This document shows positions 27,977 through 38,345 of a stretch of DNA of 64,000 nt, piece by piece. The notes below the pieces were generated by a model that did no database searches, was not told the origin of the DNA, and saw only the letters and a list, made by a program, of their open reading frames with translations. The stretch is from Eledone cirrhosa (taxonomy: Eukaryota): contig OZ024741.1 in assembly GCA_964016885.1 (NCBI GenBank), positions 410,750,001 to 410,814,000 on the forward strand. Reading direction: 5' to 3'. Position numbers and translations under genes: made by a program. Every line of letters begins with the position of its first letter. Position 1 is the first letter of the stretch.

Positions 27977-28130
27977 CTGCTTCCTAAAGTGAACAAGACT
28001 GGCTGAGATAAGGACTTGAGCAGCTGAAATGCTTGATTCAGGACTTCGTGTGTGAAGTGTTCTGCCATGTCTCCAATGACAACACAATTGGGATTAGTTT
28101 GATCAATGTCAGAAAAGTCATTAACAGCCT
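27977..28130 (-). CDS. LHPP: LHPP-like coding exon 3 ((K)AVNDFSDIDQTNPNCVVIGDMAEHFTHEVLNQAFQLLKSLSQPVLFTLGS)
   Basis: 154 bp, acceptor ACATTTCAG, donor GTAAAT, phases 1/2 compatible; NPNCVVI.D cap motif; absent from the ORF track. Confidence 0.92.
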
Positions 28131-28415
28131 CTGAAATGTACATAACAGTAATTGTTAATGGGATAACAACTTATATCTTCAGCATGATGAATTTTTTTAT
28201 GAATTGCTTCCCTTGACATTAAGGGGAGATTACTCTCTTGTCACAATTTGTCACCAACAGTGTGCTGAACGTTAATATCTGAAACTGAGTGGAATGGCTT
28301 GAAATGGTGACATGTTGCCTGGTTAATCACCACCACCACAACATGGTCTTTGAAGACTAACATGTGGCCTGGTTAAACACCACAAGGTAGTTTGAAAGGG
28401 TAACATATGACCTGG

Positions 28416-28591
28416 TTAATCCCTTCGTTACCATATTCCAAATGAAAGACACTGCTTATGATTTTCAATTAATTTTGAAAATAATCAAGAATTTGGAGGG
28501 ATTTAATAATATAACTAACTTTCTCATTAAGTTGATGTTTGGAATATAACTTAACAAAGGTTCTTACATAAAATTATAATGAAAGGTTTTT
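28416..28591 (+). repeat. Dispersed repeat copy with TTAA-CCC-like end; inverted fragments at 29238-29277 and 29295-29352
   Basis: 28556-28577 is the exact 22-bp reverse complement of 29309-29330. Confidence 0.7.
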
Positions 28592-28947
28592 GAATGAATA
28601 TATATATATATATACATTAAAATAATCAGTTGACACTGTAAAGTGGTTGGTGTTAGGAAGGGCATCCAGCTGTAGAGAGTATTGGGAGGACTGTTCAGTT
28701 GTGTCAAGGACATGACAACCTCTCCTCTCAATAGAATTTATGACTGTGTAAGCATGATGCAGACATTTTGGCCTGTCTGGGAGGTCAATGTCCCTGGGAG
28801 GTCAATGTCCCTGGGAGGTCAGTGTCCCTGCTTCAGTACTGACTTGATCTATGTAGACACGCCCAACCCTTGTTAACAGAGAAAGCAGGCATTAAAACAA
28901 CAATGATGATGATGAAAACAAAAGAGAAAGAAAAGAAACTATCTTAC

Positions 28948-29135
28948 TTGGGTTGACAAGAAGTAATGGACGTAAAGCACGGCTTTTAAGGACATGGGAT
29001 ACAGCTGGTATTGGAGAGAATATCTGGGAAGATTCAAGGTCAAAGCCTAACTTCTTCAGTTTTTCGGTAAGACTTTGTCGGGTGACAGCATTTTCATTGC
29101 TACAAAACCTCACAGGTAACCCACTGCCTTTTAAC
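28948..29135 (-). CDS. LHPP: LHPP-like coding exon 2 ((R)LKGSGLPVRFCSNENAVTRQSLTEKLKKLGFDLESSQIFSPIPAVSHVLKSRALRPLLLVNP)
   Basis: 188 bp, acceptor TATTTCCAG, donor GTAAGA; HAD motif II RFCSNE. Confidence 0.93.
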
Positions 29136-29366
29136 CTGGAAATAGGGTTTAAACATTTATTTAGAAAAAATTCAAAAACATACAAAAGAATAAATATTTT
29201 AAAAAAATAATCTATTAAAATTATGTATGAGAGGAATCAGTGTATTTTTATTAGAAATATGGAAGTGAAAGGGTTAAACTGTTTATATTTAGCTAAAAAC
29301 CTTCCACCATAATTTTATGTAAGAACCTTTATTACATTCCAAACACCAGCTTGTCTATTTCAGCCC

Positions 29367-29882
29367 CTTAGTCATGCTATCTCCCAATCTTACTGAAATA
29401 TCAGGTGATGCTGGCAAGGATACTTGGCTATTCCCACACCTTAGTCTTGCTATCTCCCAATCTTACTGAAATATCAGGTGATGCTGGCAAGGATACTTGG
29501 CTATTCCCACACCTTAGTCTTGCTATCTCCCAATCTTACTGAAATATCAGGTGATGCTGGCAAGGATACTTGGCTATTCCCACACCTTAGTCTTGCTATC
29601 TCCCAATCTTACTGAAATATCAGGTGATGCTGGCAAGGATACTTGGCTATTCCCACACCTTAGTCTTGCTATCTCCCAATCTTCCTGAAATATCAGGTGA
29701 TGCTGGCAAGGATACTTGGCTATTCCCACACCTTAGTCTTGCTATCTCCCAATCTTACTGAAATATCAGGTGATGCTGGCAAGGGTACTTGGCTATTCCC
29801 ACACCTTAGTCTTGCTATCTCCCAATCTTACTGAAATATCAGGTGATGCTGGCAAGGGTACTTGGCTATTCCCACACCTTAG
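29367..29882. repeat. 73-bp minisatellite, 7 near-identical copies
   Basis: Unit CTTAGTCTTGCTATCTCCCAATCTTACTGAAATATCAGGTGATGCTGGCAAGGATACTTGGCTATTCCCACAC at 29367, 29440, ... Confidence 0.97.
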
Positions 29883-30060
29883 CCTCAATATCAACCATTA
29901 ATACAATAAATTTCCAGACATTCCTCAAATATTTTCAGAGAACAACACAAACTGTTGTCTGTAATTGTGTCTCATCACATTTTATTTATATTTTTCTTTC
30001 TGGCTTATTTTTATTGTTATTGTCAATTTGTTGATTCTCTACATATTTCACACTAATATA

Positions 30061-30200
30061 TTCTGAGTTCAAATCCCACCAAGGTTAACTTTGCCTTTCA
30101 TCCTTACGGGGTCGATAAAATGAAGTACCAGTAATGTACTGGGTAATTGCTGGCCTTGTGCCAAAAGTAGAAACAATTATATTATATTATATTATACTAT
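30061..30200 (+). mobile_element. SINE-like dispersed repeat with ATATT tail; further copies at ~30560-30720, ~30945-31020 and minus-strand ~35605-35735, ~36686-36730
   Basis: Shared core TCATCCTTACGG.GTCGATAAAAT.AAGTACCAGTAATGTACTG...TGCTGGCCTTGTGCCAAAAGTAGAAACAATTAT; box B-like GAGTTCAAATCC. Confidence 0.65.
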
Positions 30201-30783
30201 ATTATTGTCCTGGGTATGACATTAAACTACATCCAGTGGCAAGACTCCAGTTCGAAAGTTTAGGAGCTGTGGGGAATGTGGAGTTACCCCTTAGTTGTCA
30301 TAACTCCCAGGTCTGGCCCAGAGTAGTAGTACCTGTTAGGGCCCCATTTATGTGTTAAATAATTACCTTATTCGAGTGGCACCAGTAAGGTATTATCAGC
30401 CACTGAAAAGAACCATGGATAGTCGATTTCTGGAGAGAACTCGTCAATGTATCTCGGGAATTTTACCCGCAAAAGATATATTATATTATATTATATTATA
30501 TTACATTGTATAAAAGATATTATATTATATTATATTATATTACATTATAATATAGTATCGGTAGAGGGTCGGACGCCATGCTTTCTAGCATAGTTACGTC
30601 CCTTTATGTTCTGAGTTTCATCCTTACGGAGTCGATAAAATAAAGTACCAGTAATGTACTGTATAATTGCTGGCCTTGTGCCAAAAGTAGAAACAATTAT
30701 AATATATTATACTATTTTATATTATGTTACATTATATTAAACTATATTATACTATATATTATTATATCATATTATACTATATT

Positions 30784-30915
30784 ATCACCTGATATTTGAG
30801 TAGGATTGGATAGCGAGGCTAAGGTGTTGGAATAGCCAAGTACCCTTGCTAGCATCACCTGATACTTCAGTAAGACTGGTAAATAGCAAAGCTAAGGTGC
30901 TGTGAAATAGCCAAG
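30784..30915 (-). repeat. Diverged inverted copy (~1.8 units) of the 73-bp minisatellite unit
   Basis: GGAATAGCCAAGTACCCTTGCTAGCATCACCTGATA matches the reverse complement of the unit. Confidence 0.85.
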
Positions 30916-31755
30916 CCCTCTCACTATCATCACTATATTATTTTATACCAGTAATGCACTGGGTATTTGCTGGCCTTGTGCCTAAAGTAGAAACAATTAT
31001 TTTATACTATACTATATCATATTATATTATATTATAATATATTTATTACATTATATTATATGCTATATCCCAGACCACCAAATCTGAAATATGGTGACAG
31101 GAATGAAAAAGAACCATACTGCACCATACCATACAGTAATTTTTCTAGGGTGACTCTGGTGGTTTAAAAAAAAAACAATTGGTTTAGTTTACATATTGAG
31201 ACTCCAGCCCATCCTATTTATTTTATAAAGTATGGGATTTTTAATAATGTATTTTTTTTGTCATGTATGTTTTTTTAATGTATAAAAAAAACTGTCGCAG
31301 GAATGCTACCACTTAAAATAAAATTTCACCGGAGATAGGTTAGCAATATTAAATAAGTGTGTGTGAGGAGTGATAAGAGCGAAGATTGGGGGGGGGGGTC
31401 TGAAATATGTAATAAGTGGTGCGGGGTGGGTACATTTTTCTATGGCATGATAAAACGTTAATTGAAGCAGGTTTCTCTGTTGATGGCATCAAGTAGATCA
31501 CTCATCGTCGAAACAGACCGAGGTCCAACACATATTATACTATACTATATTGACAATTTTTTTGTTTTTATTTTTTTCAAGTTCATTACAGCAAAATACA
31601 GTTTTTAACAAATTAAATTGATTTCTAGAAGAAAATGTAAAGGAAGGGGTGAACAACGGAGCCAACACCAGAGCAAAAGACAGCAGCGAGGGGTACTGGG
31701 CAACCTCTCTAATGATTTACTGTTCTATTATGTTATGTTATATTGATAAATTTAT

Positions 31756-32051
31756 AGAAAAGCGCCTGCTGGGGTTCGCGAAGTAATTTTTTTTCCTTAT
31801 TTTTTCCGTGTTTTCAACTTATAAGACATTCGATATATTCGCATTCGACTTTTTTCTCCGAAAACGAGAAGGATGGAGGGGGGGGGGCATAAATGTATCT
31901 TCTCAGCCTCATTTAAAATCTGAGGCTGAGAACATCTGAGAGTTCCCCTATTCGGTTTCCAGTAGTAAACAGTCGATTGCGAATATATTGGAGGTCAGAT
32001 TAGATGAAAACACGAAAAATTTCTTAGCGAACAGCAGCAGGTGCTTTTTCT
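31756..32051. mobile_element. Palindromic MITE-like foldback (~295 bp) in intron 1
   Basis: Ends AGAAAAGCGCCTGCTG / CAGCAGGTGCTTTTTCT; inner ATATATTCGCATTCGACT / AGTCGATTGCGAATATAT; central perfect 12-bp stem 31900-31911/31921-31932. Confidence 0.7.
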
Positions 32052-32101
32052 GGGGATTTACAGTTATGTTAGATGGATATATTAATTGTATCAATAAATA
32101 C

Positions 32102-32241
32102 CTTTGTATTGCTTCAGGTGAGCCTTCAATAGCACGACCACCACTCTCCGTACTTTCATACAATACTCCTGTTATATCTAATAACAGACCTTTCACGTTG
32201 TTCCAGTAATAACCAGTAGAAACTTTACAACCAGAAGCCAT
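32102..32241 (-). CDS. LHPP: LHPP-like coding exon 1 (MASGCKVSTGYYWNNVKGLLLDITGVLYESTESGGRAIEGSPEAIQ(R))
   Basis: ATG at 32241, donor AG|GTATTT; HAD motif I LLDITGVLY (LHPP-type DxS/T rather than DxD); 140 bp, phase 2 fits exon 2. Confidence 0.93.
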
Positions 32242-32307
32242 TCTAGTAATATTACAGAAAGTTAATTACTCTATATATAAATACATACACTAAACATATA
32301 CATGTAC

Positions 32308-32358
<51 letters not shown>

Positions 32359-32826
32359 GCTTCCGTTCTATATAACAACCTACGTATTTACATAGTTGCC
32401 CTATATGTATATATTTTTAATATTGCAGATATATAATCCACATTTTCCAAAATACAGATTACAATTATAATTCTTACAGAATGAAAATATATCCACTAAT
32501 AAATATAATTAACTCTTGCTAGGAAGCTCACACAATTGCACAATATATAACGAAAGTGTAGAAGAGAAACAGAAATTATTTTGAAATTGCGGGTTAAATA
32601 ATTATGGATGATACGAGTGTAAATTCTTACTAGAATTTAAAAGTGTTATTTATTGCGATATTATATAAAATATATAAACTTTGTTATATTTCAAACTCGA
32701 CACAGCTTTTTATTTGCTGCGGTAACTTCCAATGTGTTTACTTCTATGGTGCACAATTGTGACATTAAAAAGATAATTTCCTTAGTCTCCACCACACACA
32801 CAAAATGCTGGGATGTGTATTTCACA

Positions 32827-32878
<52 letters not shown>

Positions 32879-32880
<2 letters not shown>

Positions 32881-33484
32881 TGGCTGCCAACTCGTTTTCG
32901 AGTACGGCCATTACTTTATATCCATGTAGGAGAACCCCTACCGATGCGCTGAACGAGTGTGACTTTTTAGTCCAGCCAGCGACTTGAAAACTCTGGTACA
33001 AACACTACACTTGTGACAATTATTGACACATAGTGCTGGGCCCATGGTACCATGTGACGACAAGTGCAGAGAGATCTCCAGATATAAAGCAATGCCTGTG
33101 CCGTGAAGCTTTTATAGTGAGCAAAGGCACTGCACAAAGCCAGTCCCACTCTCTTAACCAAGATAATATTTACCAAAAAGAAGAACAAGTCAACATCATT
33201 GAATACCATCAGGGTTGCAGGTGTTATATCAGAGTTTTCCTTCTCCTAGAATTCTGCCTTGACAAAGGCTAAGGGGTCATTTCTCCCAGTGTTTTTGGAT
33301 GGCCATTGACTCTAAAGAGCTCCTTTGCCCTTTGACAGGTTTTGTTTTTAGTCCTGCAGGATGTCCAAAGTCACCCTCCTCGCCAAGAAACCTTGGTGGG
33401 GTTGCCAGTTTAGTCGCCAACGACCCGACCATGGGACAGGTTGTACTGGGATACATGTTACCAGTAGCACCAACTGGTGACCTG

Positions 33485-33488
<4 letters not shown>
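32879..33488 (-). mobile_element. Non-autonomous bipartite RTE-clade derivative (5'UTR-like part fused to the ORF 3' end) within (TA)n
   Basis: Flanked by (TA)n at 32828-32878 and 33489-33516; minus strand encodes a terminal C2H2 finger CSVCTRVFKSLAGLKSHTRSAH-R-stop (33009-32938); CTAGGAGAAGGAAAACTCTG resembles RTE 5'UTRs; no EN or RT sequence. Confidence 0.6.
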
Positions 33489-33522
<34 letters not shown>

Positions 33523-34056
33523 TGTAGTATAAGTTTGGCAGAAAAATCCAAGGGTAAGAGCACTCAGCCCATAGGTCGAGTTAAGTATAATTAGTTACAA
33601 CAGTGACATGTAGCGGTACTTAAGTTTCGTTGGGTTGTATATACCAACTCATTCAGCTTTATATATATATATATAAAATATTAAGAAAGTACCAGCCGTG
33701 GTCAGAGAGGTTAACTTTACATGGTGCCGTTTGTAGACAAATCCACTACAAATAGACAAGAAAATACAGTATATAGAGGGATTACTTTCACGTTATACCT
33801 TACACTATGAATCCCTATATATCAGAGGTAGATTTATAAACTGTAGTTCTCATTAGGTCGGTGGAGTCCATTAGATAAAAAACACAAGGTCGACATCGTC
33901 GTCTTATGTTTAGCTTCGTATTATTGACGACTGACCAAACGTTAGATTAGAATTATCTCCCTTGTAATAAGAGTTATGTCCCTTTAAATATGTTTCTTTT
34001 TTTCACTTCGCACTTTCGAATTTTACTCCTCTCTCTCACACACATATATATATATA

Positions 34057-35009
34057 TAGACATGAAAAATGCGCAAGCTCAAAAGTGCCACAGAATGTTA
34101 TAATAAACCTTCAAAAGTGTGGGACTAGAGTTGTTGCTAAAAAATATTGTAATCATTATATATCGTACATATTGTGGCATCCTTTATAAAAATAGCTTAA
34201 ACCAACGAAGCCTTTATTTTTACGCTATTTCACTTAGTTAATTCTTAGAGTGTAACATATAAAAATATGATTTACAACTATAAAATAAATTAATTAATAT
34301 AATAACAGAGCTGCGGAGCTGAAATTTAGGAAATAATGGAGTATCGGATCCTGAGTTGGAGCCAGTCAATTTTGGGCCGACTCCGCAGCCCTGTATAATA
34401 CATTTCATATTAAAGTTATTAATAAACCTATTTTACACTGCATGCAAATTACCATGAGATATTGATATTAGATATAAGATACAGCGCAATATCTACAGCT
34501 GTAAAAGTACGAAAGCGAAGTAATAATAAGTGGCTTAAGGTAATTCCAATATGAAAGTTTGTAGTGATAAAAATTTGATAATGCAATACGATTGTTAATA
34601 TTATAGTTCTATGAAAATGTAACAATAGATAACTAAATTATTTTACTATTAGTATATTTAAGAAATTATCATTATAGATTTGATCGTTCATATAAGCATC
34701 ATATTAATTTTCAACACAATTATTTTGTTACTATGAGTATATGATAATAATATTACGTAATTATTTATAGCTGTTATTACATTAAACATAGATGTATTTA
34801 TTTTTATATGTTACACTCTAAGAATTAACTAAGTGAAATAGCGTAAAAATAAAGGCTTCGTTGGTTTAAGCTATTTTTATAAAGGATGCCACAGAATGTA
34901 CGATATATAATGATTACAATATTTTTTAGCAACAACTCTAGTCCCACACTTTTGAAGGTTTATTATAACATTCTGTGGCACTTTTGAGCTTGCGCATTTT
35001 TCATGTCTA
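34057..35009. mobile_element. Non-autonomous DNA transposon/foldback with 211-bp near-perfect terminal inverted repeats
   Basis: 34057-34267 is the reverse complement of 34799-35009 with about 2 visible mismatches; ends TA-GACATG...CATGTC-TA. Confidence 0.9.
34306..34393. mobile_element. 88-bp hAT-type MITE nested in the foldback element
   Basis: TIRs CAGAGCTGCGGAG / CTCCGCAGCCCTG (12/13); 8-bp flanks TATAATAA / TATAATAC. Confidence 0.7.
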
Positions 35010-36235
35010 GTTTAATATTTTTTTAAGGCAACGCTTGTAATAACTCTAGTTAAACAGGATATATATTAATAATAAATTATCGTTGTAATGTAATTAGATT
35101 ATGTAATTGTTATTATAAATTATCTTATAAATATTAGTGTAAGATGTATAAAAATATTTTCAGACTTTTAATATAAACAACTACAAAAAACAATCAATAT
35201 TAAATCAATATATTATACATAATAGAAAACATAAAATAAACAATACAAAAACAAAATATTTACATACAATTGCAATTATCAGTGTATATACATTTTCTTT
35301 ATATTCCCTGAGCAAATTAATAAGATTTGTTTTTATTGTACATAATTTGATGACTTGTTGGAGTGTATTAAAAGATAGCAACAATTTGTGATTAAATTGT
35401 TATCTTAAGCAACTCACTTTTTAATAGTTGTTGGCTGAGCGAAATTGTAAAAGCCTATGAGCAAATATAAAAAAAAATACACAAACAACATTTCCTTGTG
35501 TTATTACAACATTAGATAAAATAATTGAGCAATGTCGTTATATTTTGCTCTTATTGCACATTAATAGTGTTTCTATTTTTCGGCACAAATCCATTACGGC
35601 AGTCCATTACTGGTACTTTATTTTATCGAATTAGTAAGTATGAAAGTCGAAGTTAACCTCGGCAGGATTTGAACTTAGAATGCAAAGGACCATAACAATA
35701 CTGCAAAGCATGGTGTCTGACGCTCTACCAATACTTGTGTTGAGCTGGTCATTAATTTATGGTGGTCGTGCGTGGAGTAGAGCAATCGCTAGTTGAAATA
35801 TTATGAACAAAACATTTTTATTTGCCGAAGAACATATTTTCAATACTGTTTGTGAATGTGACGAAGGAAATACATTCTGATATGGAACAGTGTACAAAGT
35901 GTGTCTGTGAATAACATAATGTTACCTCATGTTGTTGTCAAGACATAATGGATTTCGTATATCCAGTTAGAAGATGAAACCTAGCCATCTCGGATTAGTT
36001 ATATTTCATGCCATGTGTAAACGTGTTTGAGGATAGCAAAATATGCGTGTTTCTTGTCTGGAAACTTTCTGCTAAACTGATTGGTTTCAGTATATATTTA
36101 ATATAATATTAATATATTTTGTAATATTATTAACTAATTATTATAATTAGCGCTTCAGGCTTTGTCTACATACTGAAACAAATTTGTAAGTCATTACCTA
36201 ATTAAACTCTTTGCTTGAAATTTTATCATTCTTCG

Positions 36236-36302
<67 letters not shown>

Positions 36303-37700
36303 GGAGAGAGATTTATCTAGTCCTTCGCTCAAGATTAATCTATAAGTTTAGATGTTTGCCTTCGTTTAAGTAAATATTACAGTAAGATTTTTAATATAAA
36401 CAACTACAAAAAACAATTAATATTAAAACGAAAAAATTATCAATGATAAAAGAAGCGGATGCAACTTTTTTTTTTATAAAGTTATATTCCTGTTTCTTTA
36501 AAGAACATTTCATTTTTGTTCTATTGTAGGCGAAATAATGCAATGGTTTAATAGGGAAGATATAACTTACCAATTATGTCTCTAACCATGTAACGCTTTT
36601 TAAGTAGATAACTACAATTGAAAATACTAAAGAAATGGAACCAACAATTCAATTTGAAAGTCGTCTACTTATAGTGACAGTGTATTACTGGTACTTTATT
36701 TTATCGATCCCGTAACGATGAAAGGCAAATGCTTAAAATTTAAATTGCCTTAATTCTATCGTCTGCTGTTTCATTAAAGGGAGATTCTCGTCTGTATTTA
36801 ATTCTATCGTCTACTGTTCCACTAAACAGATATACCTCCACTATCGTCTCTATTTATACATTTTAACTTATAACTTATACACATTTGATTTGAAATATTT
36901 TATCTAGTCCCCCCTCTCAATATTATGATGATTTCTTTCGAATGAAACAGTTCTAGTCCTGTAGAAGCCATTTATATATATAATTGAGCTGAGTTAAAAA
37001 TTCACAATATTTATAATTAAATAAGCTCATATATATATGTGTGTATTTATCTGTTTATTGTATTATATATAATGTGTGTATATACAGGATGTCCCCCAAA
37101 AATATATACACACTTCAACAGCATTCTAATAACTATTGCCTGTACAGGTAATCAAAGTGTCAATCGAATGTTAGTTTCGTGTTTTAACAGTACAAATTTA
37201 CAATACACACATAAAACCAGTGTATATACATACATGAGTGTGTATACACATACATGAATGTGTATATACAATATATATGTGTCTATATATATATAGACAC
37301 ATATATTCACGGTGCAACGGAACATTAAAATATAGATGCGGGGGGGGGGTATATATAGGGGCGCTGGGGATAAAGGAGTGTACAGCGTAAGTGTGTAATT
37401 GATATATTGAAGGAGAGGAGCGTGCAGCGATAGAGTAACAAATATATAGAGAGAGGGAGAGATGGTATTGAAGGGGAGGAGTGCAAAGCGAAAGAGTAAG
37501 AGAGATATATATAGAGACGGAACAGATAGAGAGAAACAGGCGTAAGTAACAGTGGAAGAGATATAGAGAGAGGGCGTAATAAATAAATGGAAATATAAGT
37601 GTAACAGTATAAGAGATATATATAGAGGGAGAAATGTGTTATTGAAGGGGAGGAGTGTAAAGCGAAAGCGTAAGATATATATATAGAGAGAGGGGGAATA

Positions 37701-37756
<56 letters not shown>

Positions 37757-37768
37757 ACACTTACTCTG

Positions 37769-37789
37769 ATTGGTTGAAAATTAGCCAAT
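37769..37789. promoter_or_regulatory. Pair of oppositely oriented CCAAT boxes (possible NF-Y sites)
   Basis: CTGATTGGTT and TAGCCAATGA, both with NF-Y-like flanks; no transcript evidence. Confidence 0.3.
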
Positions 37790-37845
37790 GACATACGATC
37801 ACCACCACCACGGCTATCCCCGGAAAATTTATGAAGAAGTTACCC

Positions 37846-37910
37846 ATATATGTTAGAACACGAAAAGTGAACATTCTGTTGTTTCACACTTTTCGTGTTC
37901 TAACAGATAT
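37846..37910. other. Hairpin with 19-bp perfect stem and 17-nt loop
   Basis: TGTTAGAACACGAAAAGTG (37851-37869) / CACTTTTCGTGTTCTAACA (37887-37905). Confidence 0.85.
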
Positions 37911-38345
37911 ATTGACATGGTTATAGTCAGTATTAGCCATAAACCCGTTTACTCACTCATTGAGATATGGTTTGAACGTGTGTCGAGCAAAGCTTGTCTC
38001 AGATTGGTAATCAACTGTATATTCGTAAGGTGTATATATATATATATGTAGATTACAATAATCAAAGTTCAGTTTAAATCATTTATTTGCTTACAATTGT
38101 TTCCTCCAAACCGAGGTTTAATCTCTTCGGAGCAACTATTTAGTGATCTATAACATACTTGACCTCCTTTTCAACACAAGAGACATATAAAAACATATGC
38201 ACATATTGATCCACAGTGGGATGACATCCATCAAAATGATATAGCATGGCAATTTAAATATAAAGGTTAAACGATAAAAATAAAAATAAAAATAAAAATA
38301 AAAATAAAAATAAAAATGAAAATGAAGCATTGGCAGTTTATGAAG

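Noticed and set aside
27479-27992. Thr/Asn-, Val-, Gly- and His/Gln-rich ORFs
   Set aside because: All are translations of one trinucleotide microsatellite next to a mariner remnant.
18086-32241. Assignment to the paralogue HDHD2
   Set aside because: DITGVLY, RFCSNE and NPNCVVI fit LHPP better than HDHD2 (DLSGTL, RFVTNT); a phylogeny would confirm.
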